Shown piece after piece: positions 38,447 to 47,952 of a stretch of 64,000 nt of DNA (positions are counted from its first letter, which is position 1; every line of letters begins with the position of its first letter). A program made the position numbers and the translations under genes. The notes below the pieces were generated by a model. It made no database searches, was not told the DNA's origin, and worked only from the letters and a program-made list of their open reading frames with translations. Origin of the DNA: Lentisphaerae bacterium GWF2_44_16 (lineage in GTDB: Bacteria; Verrucomicrobiota; Lentisphaeria; Victivallales; GWF2-45-14); the NCBI GenBank assembly GCA_001803225.1, contig MHBF01000093.1, positions 3,711-67,710 of the forward strand, written 5' to 3'.

Positions 38447-39082
38447 ATGCTAAATAATAGAAATGCTTCTATTTCTGGAAAAGTATATTTTACTCTCTTG
38501 GAGCTTCTCATTGTGATATCTGTTATAGCGATATTGGCAAGTATGCTGCTTCCGGCCTTGAAGCATGTTCGGGAAAAAGCCAAGGAAATCAAATGCGCTA
38601 ATAATGAAAAACAATTTGGACTGGCGTTTAACTTATATGCCGATGATTATGCTGATTATTACCCTGATAACTATCCGATAAGTTCCGGCGGCACTGGGTA
38701 TTGGCAGGATTTTAAATTTCTTGGTACCTATCTTAAACCCGGTTTAGTATCTGGAAGCAATGTGGATTATTATTTTCCATGTCCATCTGCGACCCCTGCC
38801 GAAACATATTACAGCCAACATTGGTTTTATGCTCTTGAAATGGGAGTTAAATTGAAAAAAAGACTTGTGGTGCAACGCCCTTCCTACCGTGGAATATTAC
38901 TGGATTATCAATGCCGTAGCTTTTATGGCGATATGAATTATTTAGATGAGACGGTAGCAGGTCGTGTAGTTTACCGCCATAGTGGAGGATTGAATATGCT
39001 TTTTGCCGACGGGCATATCAATTATTACAAGAAAAATGATTTGTTGACGAATATAGCTACTCTATTCAATAATAATCCATAG
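38447..39082 (+). CDS. Prepilin-type H-X9-DG protein (pilin-like 2)
   Basis: GKVY|FTLLELLIVISVIAILASMLLPAL...KCANNEKQ; FPCPS; HSGGLNMLFADG. Confidence 0.9.
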   Translation: MLNNRNASISGKVYFTLLELLIVISVIAILASMLLPALKHVREKAKEIKCANNEKQFGLAFNLYADDYADYYPDNYPISSGGTGYWQDFKFLGTYLKPGLVSGSNVDYYFPCPSATPAETYYSQHWFYALEMGVKLKKRLVVQRPSYRGILLDYQCRSFYGDMNYLDETVAGRVVYRHSGGLNMLFADGHINYYKKNDLLTNIATLFNNNP

Positions 39083-39117
39083 TCTTCAAAAAAGTTTAAC
39101 AGAAAAGGAATATTATT

Positions 39118-42018
39118 ATGCGTACAGGACGCAATAAATGGTTAATGATGTCGCTTGTCGGAATATTATCTGGAATGCTGTTTTCCCTTGAAGGCGCGGA
39201 CGTAAAAGATAAAAATATGATGCTAAACGGCGGATTTGAAGAGCTTGACTCTAAAAATAATGCAGTATCATGGTCGTTTGGCTGCAGTTTACCCAAAGGC
39301 AAAGCGGAAATTACAACGGGAACAGTATATTCCGGTAAAAATTCACTTCATTTGCGCTCTGAAAGTATAAATGAGAAATCTGACTCCACTAAAACCGGTG
39401 CGATAAGCGCCAGCAGTGAAATGCTGCCATTACCGCCGGAAGGAACAAAACTTGAATGTTCTGTATGTATAAAACTAAAGGACGTCAAATCGCCAGGCTC
39501 ATACCATAAAACGAGATTTACGGTCCACTTTTTTGATAAGGACAGAAAACGTATTAAGCATCATGATCTTGTTTGTCTGGATGGTACTTTGGACTGGAGA
39601 ATTTTCAAGCAGTCGCTTACTGTTCCTTCCGGCGCTGCATTTATGCAGATAGCTTGTTCTTTGACAAACTGTACAGGGGAGGCTTGGTTTGACGACGTTA
39701 TGGTAACTGTTGATGGAGAATCAGCCAGGAAAGTAACTGAACGGAGGAATTCAATGTCAGCCTTGCCGATGGATTGTCCTATTCTAATTCCGGAACCCTG
39801 GCAGATTAAATTCGCTTCATACAGTTTTTCGGTTGAAAAAGTTTTTTTTGAAACTCCGAATGGCGACAGTCGCGCCAATCTGGCGTTGTTAGATGTCCTG
39901 AAAGAATATAATCTTGCTGCTGATAAAATGCAGAAAGATAAGAGCTATGATGCAACTGCGTTGTTGATCCTGACAGGAGATAAACAGGATAAGGACCTCG
40001 CGGGTATTTTTGAAAAGGATTTTAGAGGTCGTACTTGGAACGAATTAGGTGAACAAGGCTATTTTCTTTCAGTAAAGGAAATTGGACGTAAAGAGGAAAG
40101 CAGTGTTGGCGGAGAGATGATAAAAGGGGGCAAAAAGATTGTTTGTATTGGCGCCAATACTGAACAGGGACGTTTCTACGGCATTCAGACTCTCAGGCAG
40201 TTGTTGAAAGCTGGAAAAGGAAAGGAATTGCGTGCGGTAAATATAGTTGATAAACCCACACTGTCACGGCGCGGGGCAATCGTTGGACTGCAATGGTTTT
40301 CTCAGCGCAAAGAAGCAATAGAACGGATAAGACAGATGAAAATGAATCTAGTATACCATCAGGGTTCATTTCTCAATCTGAAACTGGGATGCGATCAGAA
40401 AACGAAAAAAACATTCTGGAGAGAACCTTTTACGTCCCAGGAGCTTGAAATGCTGCGGGAATATCTTGAACTGTGCCGCAGAAATTTCATTGAAGTGTAT
40501 ATTTCATTTGCGCCGCGCGGCCTGCCGCCTACCTGTTATTCCTCCGATGAGGATATAAATATTCTGGTTGGCAAAATGGAAGCATTGTATAAAGTTGGCG
40601 TGCGCAATCTGGGTATAAGTTTTGATGATCTGCAGAATATTGAACAGAATAAAGTAATTTGTGAAGCAGACATTAAAAAGTTCGGCGATGATTTCGGTGC
40701 GGCGCATCTATATTTTGTCCAGAACGTTTATGATCGATTGAAAAAGAAATGTCCGGAACTTAATTTTATGGTCTTGCCTTATGTTTATGGTTCTTATGTA
40801 AACATTCCTGAAAAAGATATGCAATATCTGAAAACTCTAGGGAAACTTTCTCAGGACATTAAAACATGGGTAGTGTGTCTTTATACTTATGATGGTGTGA
40901 AAAAAACTCCGGCAATCGCCGGACGCAAGCCGTTCATCTGGGACAACTATTATACAACCGGGGACCTTCCCGCATTTCCGGCCCCAATTGACCGTGCCAG
41001 GGAATTAAGCGATGAAAATATCACAGGTTATATTTTTCTTCCGGCTACTCCCAAGCAGGAGGATGCTTCGAAAATTTCCTGGCTGAATGCGGCTGACTAT
41101 ATGTGGTCGCCGCAGCGTTATAATGCTGAAAAAAGTTATAAAACCGCGATAGCTTATGTGGCTGGTAGTGCAGAAGCGGCGGAATTGCTGAAAGAATACA
41201 GCGAATTTTCACTGAAAATTGACGACTATAAATTTCCAACTGAGAACCGTGAAACACGGCTGGCATTTCTTGAAAAAACCATGGATCAGTTAAATACTTT
41301 CGATCCTAAACTGAAGATTCTTGAGCCAAAACTCGCTACCGCCATGAGGAGCGATACAGGCAAATATCGCAAGGATTTACAGCGTATTATCGACAATCTT
41401 AAACAGCGTCCTTATCCGGCAATTATTTATCCTCAGAAAGGTTTCGTTCCGACAAATGAAAATGCGTTGAAGGATTTCATTCCTCTCAGTAAGAACGTGA
41501 AAAGCATTGAAGCAACTGAAGCATGGCTTACTTATGATCCAAACAAATTATATTTGAAAGTTCTTTGCCGGGAACCGTGCCTGGAAAGGCTGGTGACTCA
41601 GAGAAACAATAGGGATAGTAATGTTTTTCAGGATGATTCTATAGAGATTTTTATCATGCCCGATCAGGAAAACGCTTCTGGAGATTTTACTTATTACCAT
41701 ATTGTGATTAATGCTATCGGCACTGTTTATGATGCTAAGCATGTTCATCACCGTTTCAATTATTTACATGAGCAATACAAGGACTGGAACCCTGAACTGG
41801 ATATTACAACCAGTAAAGAGAAGAACACATGGATTTTGAATCTAGCAATTCCATTTTCAGCATTGGGAATGGCTTCACCACAGCCGGGGCGGAGAATTTT
41901 CATGAACCTATGCCGAAATCGGATGACTGGCGGTAAAGGTGAATTGAGCTGTTATGCTTTATTGTTGAAAGGCAAATACCATGATCCTTGGAGTTTTTGG
42001 CCGGTTGAGTTTAAATAG
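39118..42018 (+). CDS. Secreted GH84-like beta-N-acetylglucosaminidase with CBM4/9-like N-domain, zincin-like domain and C-terminal CBM9-like domain
   Basis: LNGGFEE (CBM); EQGYFL...[12 protein letters not shown]; WREPF; [12 protein letters not shown] (GH84 Asp-Asp); KPFIWDNY; ADYMWSP; DDSIEIFI. Confidence 0.82.
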   Translation: MRTGRNKWLMMSLVGILSGMLFSLEGADVKDKNMMLNGGFEELDSKNNAVSWSFGCSLPKGKAEITTGTVYSGKNSLHLRSESINEKSDSTKTGAISASSEMLPLPPEGTKLECSVCIKLKDVKSPGSYHKTRFTVHFFDKDRKRIKHHDLVCLDGTLDWRIFKQSLTVPSGAAFMQIACSLTNCTGEAWFDDVMVTVDGESARKVTERRNSMSALPMDCPILIPEPWQIKFASYSFSVEKVFFETPNGDSRANLALLDVLKEYNLAADKMQKDKSYDATALLILTGDKQDKDLAGIFEKDFRGRTWNELGEQGYFLSVKEIGRKEESSVGGEMIKGGKKIVCIGANTEQGRFYGIQTLRQLLKAGKGKELRAVNIVDKPTLSRRGAIVGLQWFSQRKEAIERIRQMKMNLVYHQGSFLNLKLGCDQKTKKTFWREPFTSQELEMLREYLELCRRNFIEVYISFAPRGLPPTCYSSDEDINILVGKMEALYKVGVRNLGISFDDLQNIEQNKVICEADIKKFGDDFGAAHLYFVQNVYDRLKKKCPELNFMVLPYVYGSYVNIPEKDMQYLKTLGKLSQDIKTWVVCLYTYDGVKKTPAIAGRKPFIWDNYYTTGDLPAFPAPIDRARELSDENITGYIFLPATPKQEDASKISWLNAADYMWSPQRYNAEKSYKTAIAYVAGSAEAAELLKEYSEFSLKIDDYKFPTENRETRLAFLEKTMDQLNTFDPKLKILEPKLATAMRSDTGKYRKDLQRIIDNLKQRPYPAIIYPQKGFVPTNENALKDFIPLSKNVKSIEATEAWLTYDPNKLYLKVLCREPCLERLVTQRNNRDSNVFQDDSIEIFIMPDQENASGDFTYYHIVINAIGTVYDAKHVHHRFNYLHEQYKDWNPELDITTSKEKNTWILNLAIPFSALGMASPQPGRRIFMNLCRNRMTGGKGELSCYALLLKGKYHDPWSFWPVEFK

Positions 42019-42043
42019 TCAGTTAAAGGTATATGTTAAAAAG
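41982..42043 (+). repeat. Direct repeat copy B (intact gene tail plus intergenic sequence)
   Basis: Shares exact core CCGGTTGAGTTTAAATAGTCAGTT with copy A, 3641 nt upstream. Confidence 0.9.
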
Positions 42044-42091
42044 GTTAACCTGAATTTAAAAGAAACTTTGAACAAAAGTGGAGTCGGAAAT

Positions 42092-42796
42092 ATGGCAGAA
42101 ATTAGAAAGAAAATATACTTTACACTCATTGAGCTCCTCATTGTGATAGCGATTATAGCTGTTCTTGCCGGGATGTTGCTTCCGGCACTTTCAAAAGCAA
42201 GGGACAAAACCAGGCAGACAATCTGTCTGGGCAACTTAAAACAAATCTATCTTGCCACGACAAGTTATATTAACGATTCCAATGAATGGTACCCTCCATG
42301 TTATTATGACAGCATTAATAATTACTGGCAGTCACTGTTAGTGAACTATGAGTATATTAAAGTTCCGCGTCTCAGCAGTGCGGGAAAACTGGATTCCGTA
42401 CCGCCCAGCGGACTGCTGGTATGCCCGAGCGAGAAAAATAAAACCTCCGGCGGGGCCAGTGAATGGAACACATGGAAGGGGACTCATTACGGAATGACTA
42501 ATTACCTGATATGGACTCCACCCCTTGCAAGTGATAAATGGGGAAAGTTTTCCGCGATACCGGCAAGTCTCAGCAGAATATCTTTTTACGGGGATAAAGA
42601 TCCTTTAAATCAAGCTAATTTCTCCGGTGTCGCCGGAGCTCTTGAGAAGTATAAACATAACAATGGTATGAGTGTTGTTTTCTGTGATGGACATGGAGAA
42701 TACAAGAAAATGAAAGATGTTCCTCATGAGGAAATAGACCCTGTTTGGTACAGAAATATTTTTTGGGGGCAGCGTAGCTGTATCTCGTATTGGTAA
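42092..42796 (+). CDS. Prepilin-type H-X9-DG protein (pilin-like 3)
   Basis: MAEIRKKIY|[28 protein letters not shown]...CLGNLKQ; LVCPS; [12 protein letters not shown]. Start moved to 42092 after GGAG SD. Confidence 0.9.
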   Translation: MAEIRKKIYFTLIELLIVIAIIAVLAGMLLPALSKARDKTRQTICLGNLKQIYLATTSYINDSNEWYPPCYYDSINNYWQSLLVNYEYIKVPRLSSAGKLDSVPPSGLLVCPSEKNKTSGGASEWNTWKGTHYGMTNYLIWTPPLASDKWGKFSAIPASLSRISFYGDKDPLNQANFSGVAGALEKYKHNNGMSVVFCDGHGEYKKMKDVPHEEIDPVWYRNIFWGQRSCISYW

Positions 42797-42831
42797 AAAT
42801 AATTTTATAAAAGGAAGAAACCGGTGGAATC

Positions 42832-43608
42832 ATGTGTGTAAAAACATTCGTAAAAATGAAGATTATCTTTTTGGGCCTCCTTGTTTTTTCTTTCTTTCTG
42901 ATGGCGGAAGAAATACCCGGCGGCGGAATGGACTTATCTTCAAAATATCTGACAATGCCGTTCGGCAGTTTTAACGGGGAAAATATTTATGATCACCTTG
43001 ATATCAGGCAGGGAACAATTGAATTCTGGGTAAGACCCATCGCTAATAACAAAGAGAATGGGGAATTGTCCGGTTTCTTTTTCTGGGGTAACGCCAGCAA
43101 CAGTAATTCGATGTCTATATATTGCGGCAATAAAGGTAATAAGATTTATTTTCAGGTAACAGGGCTTGACCATAAGGCGGTGTATCTCTGCGGACCGGTC
43201 TTGAGCGAAAAATCCTGGCATCATATAGCCGTTACATGGGAGAATACCGGAGGGCAGACATATAATCTCACGCTTTTCGTTGACGGCAGCCCTGTGAAAA
43301 CCCTTAAGGATGAAGTAGGCGTTTCAGATAACTTGAAGCGGGACATCTATATCGGCCTATGCAAGAGAAATACCAAGATTGATACTTTGAGAACTGCCAA
43401 TGCAGATATGGCAATGTTCAGGATATCGAAAAACGTCAGGTATTCAAAAGCTTTTCAGGCGTCTTCAAAATATGGAGTTGATGCCGAAACCATCTGTTTT
43501 TTCCCGTTTAATGGAAATGATGATTTGAAGGGATTTTTCTATATATCGGAAAATAAAAATGGAACTGTGGAAGCTGTAAAACATAAAATAGAAAAGAGAG
43601 AGGAATAA
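42832..43608 (+). CDS. Secreted LamG-like jellyroll protein
   Basis: Signal peptide; GTIEFWVRP, SWHHIAVTW, LFVDG, FRISKNVRY. Confidence 0.85.
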   Translation: MCVKTFVKMKIIFLGLLVFSFFLMAEEIPGGGMDLSSKYLTMPFGSFNGENIYDHLDIRQGTIEFWVRPIANNKENGELSGFFFWGNASNSNSMSIYCGNKGNKIYFQVTGLDHKAVYLCGPVLSEKSWHHIAVTWENTGGQTYNLTLFVDGSPVKTLKDEVGVSDNLKRDIYIGLCKRNTKIDTLRTANADMAMFRISKNVRYSKAFQASSKYGVDAETICFFPFNGNDDLKGFFYISENKNGTVEAVKHKIEKREE

Positions 43609-43612
43609 AAAA

Positions 43613-46537
43613 ATGCGGAAGAAAAGAGTATTATTAAGACTGTTGGTATTATCAACGAGTATTTTCATTCTCTACGGATGCTACTCCGCCGGAGCTAAGA
43701 TGGTTGATGCGAGGGAAAGTTTCGCGCTTAACATTGTGCCGCAGCCTAAAGTAGTTAATGCCGCTGAAAACGCAAAAAGATTGGAGTTTGGCCTAAATGA
43801 AATAAAAATAGTTTACGGCATCGCCTCCTCAAAAACAAAAATTGGCGCGGAAGAAATAAATAAACATCTTTTGAAAATGGGCTTCGGCAATAAAAGCATA
43901 GCTGTTGTCTCTGATAAAGAATATAAAAAAGGAAATGAGAAAGCGCTGATTGTAATAGGCGCTCCCGGGGAAAATACCCTGAGCAAATCCGTCTGGGGAT
44001 ATGTAAACGGAAAAGATGAACTGAAATCCATTTCAGACAATCCGCAGGGCTACATAATTGATTATGTAAAACGTGATAATGAAATACCCTTGTTCGTTAT
44101 AGCCGGAACATCACCGCAGGGAACTTTGTATGGCTGTATAACATTGATGCAGTTATTCGGGAAAAATGGAGATAAGCTTGCTGTCCCTCCGGTTTTCGTG
44201 AAAGACTGGCCTGACTTTAAATGGCGTTATATAGCAAGTCTGACACATTTTCTGACGCAGTCGCAGAGGGCGTATGAGTTTGCGAATGCTCCATATCCGG
44301 GAGATGAGGCCAGCGTTAAAGAGTATATTGACTGGTGCCTTAAATATAAAATAAATGTAGTCAAGATAATCCCTGAATGGCTTAAGGAAAAAATGACAGG
44401 TGTATTTAAATCTTATGCGAATGAGAGAGGCATATATGCATTTACCTTTTATCCAAAGCCTTCAATTGCCGCCTGTACCGTTCAGGAAAAAGAGGAAAAT
44501 CCTGAAAAATATGGGGATTTGAAGAATTTGTACCGCAAGAAATATTACCTGACTTGGAGCAGAGATGATTTGCTCGAAACTCAATATCGTGAATTCGCAA
44601 AACTGTGTAAGGACAGCAATGCAAAATTCTGCTGGTTTCATACCGCGGATACCGGTTTGACTTCGTTAAATTATGCGCAGTGGAAAATGCGGGACGCGCT
44701 TGATAAGAAAAATTACGGTGACGATTACGGCCTTGCCGACTTTCATGTGATTTCCCTGATTCAAAAAGTATTTAAAGAGGAAGCTCCGGATACTCAAATC
44801 GTATATGTAACGTATCCATATACAGCCATGGTGCTGGATGATAAGTTTCCCCAGAATATAATACCCGATATAAGCGGCGCTTACGCTGAAAAAGAAAAAC
44901 AGTTCATAAATAAATATTTTAAAACATTTTCAGAGAAAGTACCAAAAAACATATATACCTGCCTCAGAGAAACAGACAGGAAAAGTGTTGAACGCTGGCT
45001 TAATGCCACGAAACACCCCATGCTCATTTATTTTGAGACGGGTGGATATAACATCATCAACAGCCGTCCGCGATATATAAAGACTTTTTATTTCGAAGGC
45101 TATGACAATATATATTTTTACCCTTCAATTTACGAAGCATTTATTCATGGGACAGAGCCACCTGCCAAAATGCTTTTAAACGCGGAATATTCCTGGAATG
45201 TTAATCAGGAAGGCTCTGGTTATTTTAAGGAATCTGATTTCAGTAAGGATTTGACTGAACCGAAAGTAGTGTTTGAAAGGATTGTTCCCAGGACATGCCG
45301 GGCATATTGGGGAGCAGACGCAGGCAAAAATTTTGATTTACTTTTTCAGGCCGGAATAGTGCCGGATTTTATTGAAAATCCAACTGATTTTCAGAAGGAA
45401 TTGAATAAAAAATCTGCCAAAGTACTGGAAATTTCGGGGAACAATACTTTTTCCAGTGGAACACAGATGTTTTTAGAAAATCCTGAAAAAGAAATGAAAA
45501 GACAGAATGAAAAACTTGGAAAGGCTATTCCTCCAATTGAAAACTGGCTTGATAATTACAGCAATAAAAAGCTGGACCCTTTCTCGTATAAATACGGAAC
45601 AATGCTTTACCTTTTCGCGAATTACTGGTATTATAAGTCCGCTGTATGGGTTCCGTTTCTTGAAGTGGAAAAATACATAGTAAATGGAGAAAAGGAAAAA
45701 GCCGGAAAAGCCTTGAAAGAGGCCGCAAAAGTATTGAAAACGGCTGACGAGGGAATAAAAAAAGCAATTGCCAGGATAAAAGGAAAACACCTCTGTCTAA
45801 TCCCGACAATACAAAAAAAAGCAATGTATGAAAACATGCTTGAAGCTTTCAGTAAACTGGAAAGCAAGTACAAGGAACTGGAAAACAAAGTCTCTAATAT
45901 GAAAAGTTCTCTCCTTATCCCTGAAAAGAAGCTGGAAGAATTAAAAAAAAAGAAATATACAGCATTAAAAAAGGGGATCGCTTCATGGGACAGCTGTCCG
46001 GTTTACAGCGATTTTACCGTATTATCTTCAACGCCTGCCCAAAGTTCTTTTTACCAGTCAAAAGTTCAAGTAATGTATGATGAGAAAAATATCTACATCA
46101 GAATTAATATGGCAGATATGCCGGGAAGAAAGCCTCTTACCGGAAGAAATACAAAGAACAACACGGATTTTTGGAGCAAAGGAAACGAGGAAAACGTTGT
46201 TGAGATTTTTATTTCTCCAGACGGAAAATCTTTTTATCAATTCGCGTGTGACGCTATGGGAAGAACGCTCCAGTTCCGCACCAGTGAGAGGAAAACTGAA
46301 AAGATAAATTCCGAATGGCACGCTGAAGCATCTTTGCGGGACGGCTCATGGACATGTACCACAAGCATCCCCTTTGCGTCAATCGGTGTTCAAAGCCTGC
46401 CGAAGACCGGACAGTTCTGGAAAATAGGCATTATGCGTCAATACGTAAACATTGACGGGACTACGGAGTCTTCTCTGATAAGTCCTGAAATGCAACCCCG
46501 CAACCCATCAACATACCCTGAATTCAAACTTGAATAA
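43613..46537 (+). CDS. Secreted or lipoprotein putative glycoside hydrolase (zincin-like + barrel + CBM9-like), architecture related to 39118-42018
   Basis: Lipobox-like ILYGC; IVPQPK; PQGYII...GTLYGCITLMQL; DWPDFKWR; AEYSWN; C-terminal VVEIFIS...IPFASIG. Confidence 0.72.
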   Translation: MRKKRVLLRLLVLSTSIFILYGCYSAGAKMVDARESFALNIVPQPKVVNAAENAKRLEFGLNEIKIVYGIASSKTKIGAEEINKHLLKMGFGNKSIAVVSDKEYKKGNEKALIVIGAPGENTLSKSVWGYVNGKDELKSISDNPQGYIIDYVKRDNEIPLFVIAGTSPQGTLYGCITLMQLFGKNGDKLAVPPVFVKDWPDFKWRYIASLTHFLTQSQRAYEFANAPYPGDEASVKEYIDWCLKYKINVVKIIPEWLKEKMTGVFKSYANERGIYAFTFYPKPSIAACTVQEKEENPEKYGDLKNLYRKKYYLTWSRDDLLETQYREFAKLCKDSNAKFCWFHTADTGLTSLNYAQWKMRDALDKKNYGDDYGLADFHVISLIQKVFKEEAPDTQIVYVTYPYTAMVLDDKFPQNIIPDISGAYAEKEKQFINKYFKTFSEKVPKNIYTCLRETDRKSVERWLNATKHPMLIYFETGGYNIINSRPRYIKTFYFEGYDNIYFYPSIYEAFIHGTEPPAKMLLNAEYSWNVNQEGSGYFKESDFSKDLTEPKVVFERIVPRTCRAYWGADAGKNFDLLFQAGIVPDFIENPTDFQKELNKKSAKVLEISGNNTFSSGTQMFLENPEKEMKRQNEKLGKAIPPIENWLDNYSNKKLDPFSYKYGTMLYLFANYWYYKSAVWVPFLEVEKYIVNGEKEKAGKALKEAAKVLKTADEGIKKAIARIKGKHLCLIPTIQKKAMYENMLEAFSKLESKYKELENKVSNMKSSLLIPEKKLEELKKKKYTALKKGIASWDSCPVYSDFTVLSSTPAQSSFYQSKVQVMYDEKNIYIRINMADMPGRKPLTGRNTKNNTDFWSKGNEENVVEIFISPDGKSFYQFACDAMGRTLQFRTSERKTEKINSEWHAEASLRDGSWTCTTSIPFASIGVQSLPKTGQFWKIGIMRQYVNIDGTTESSLISPEMQPRNPSTYPEFKLE

Positions 46538-46576
46538 TGTATCCGCTTTTTCATATTGAAAAGGAAAAATAAAAAA

Positions 46577-47926
46577 ATGAAAGCAAAGTTTTATATTGTA
46601 AGTTTTCTTTTTGGATTTTCATTTACTGCGTTTGCCTGGGGAGGGCCGGAACACTCTTCCATAACTGCGGCGGCCCTGTCGGTGCTTTCTCCGGCGCTAA
46701 TCGGCTTCCTTGGAAGTGAGGCGGCTAGACTGATAAAGACGTATTGCAATTATCCGGATTTCAACTGGTGTGTTTACGGGACATCTTGTAAAGGCAAAGA
46801 CGGACAAGCCCGTCTGCCTGATGACAGGCGGGACATCAACGCTTCGTTTTACTGTGATTTTGATGAATTCACGGGCAGGGGAGCGTATTGCGGGCATGGC
46901 CCCGAAATCGGAAAAGAGATGCCGCCTCCTGATGAACACAGCCGCAAAATGTATGAAAGACGCGAATTCGGTTCTTTCTCCGCCGAAAAGAATTTCAGGC
47001 GGGCTGATGAGGCATTCAGAAAAGGAAATTATTTTGAAGCCATACGCTTTATGGGTGTTGTCATTCACTATATTGAAGACGCGACACCGCCGCCGCATAC
47101 CATCGGAATTCCAGGAGGACGCAATCACCTTCATCACGAAATGGAAGCGCTGTCGAATCATTCCCTTATAAACATCGGCGGATATAAACCGGCAGTATTG
47201 GGAAAAAAATCTGATGAAGCTACGAGAGAAATCAGAAAACTGGCCGACGCGATTGCTTTGAACGCTCAGGGCCTGGCAAAAAAAAGCCTTGTCCTTGTCG
47301 AAGAAGGGAAAAAAACTGAAGCCGAAATGATAACAGTGGAATGCGCCAAAATCGCAGCGATGGCCGCCGCTGACGTATTGAATACACTTTATGAAATTCA
47401 TAAGGACAATCTTCCCCTGAGGCCTGTTTCGGCGAAAAACCGCAACCTGCTTTTCAATCCGTCTTTTGACGAGGATGGAGACGGGGACATGCAGCCTGAC
47501 GGATGGGTGAGGGAATGGAATGACCTCAAATGCCCATTTGATATGCATCTCTGGGACAGGGTTTCGGCTGAAAAAGGCGCTTGTGTCCGCCTTTACGGGA
47601 CATCGGAGAAAGGTGCTTCGTGGAGGACTTCAAAAGCTTATGCCATTCCTGTTCAAGCAGGTGAAACCTATGAGCTTAAAGCAAAAATAAGAGTTCAGAC
47701 AGCGAGCGGGAAAAATTATATTTCCCTGCGTTTTCAGGATAAGAATTATAATACTGTAGCGGAAATTGCGGGCGAATCCTTTACGGGCAGTGAATTCTGG
47801 AAGGAAATATCCGTGAAAACAAAAGTTCCTGATGGCGCGGTTGATATGATGGCTGTATGTTTCTCAAGCGGCAACAGCGGTTCTGTCCTCTTCGACGAAC
47901 TTGAATTGAAGCTCTTGTCCGTTTAA
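46577..47926 (+). CDS. Secreted Zn-dependent phospholipase C / S1-P1 nuclease-like domain fused to a CBM4/9-like domain
   Basis: Signal AFA|WGGPEH (mature N-terminal Trp), YPD, VIHYIEDATPPPH, HHEME; then NLLFNPSFD...VLFDELEL. Confidence 0.75.
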   Translation: MKAKFYIVSFLFGFSFTAFAWGGPEHSSITAAALSVLSPALIGFLGSEAARLIKTYCNYPDFNWCVYGTSCKGKDGQARLPDDRRDINASFYCDFDEFTGRGAYCGHGPEIGKEMPPPDEHSRKMYERREFGSFSAEKNFRRADEAFRKGNYFEAIRFMGVVIHYIEDATPPPHTIGIPGGRNHLHHEMEALSNHSLINIGGYKPAVLGKKSDEATREIRKLADAIALNAQGLAKKSLVLVEEGKKTEAEMITVECAKIAAMAAADVLNTLYEIHKDNLPLRPVSAKNRNLLFNPSFDEDGDGDMQPDGWVREWNDLKCPFDMHLWDRVSAEKGACVRLYGTSEKGASWRTSKAYAIPVQAGETYELKAKIRVQTASGKNYISLRFQDKNYNTVAEIAGESFTGSEFWKEISVKTKVPDGAVDMMAVCFSSGNSGSVLFDELELKLLSV

Positions 47927-47952
47927 TGCTCATTTTTCAGTGATGATAAAAA

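Noticed and set aside
38341-42043. Direct repeats as integron attC or site-specific recombination sites
   Set aside because: Copy B begins inside a coding tail, there is no RYYYAAC...GTTRRRY hairpin architecture, and no integrase is present.
41981-42091. Extended N-termini from the ORF track for pilins 1, 3 and 4, pdxA, GH2 and rpiR
   Set aside because: They overlap upstream genes or promoters; downstream ATGs give better RBS or family-typical starts.
46697-47548. 283-aa minus-strand ORF
   Set aside because: Antisense shadow fully inside the PLC/CBM gene.
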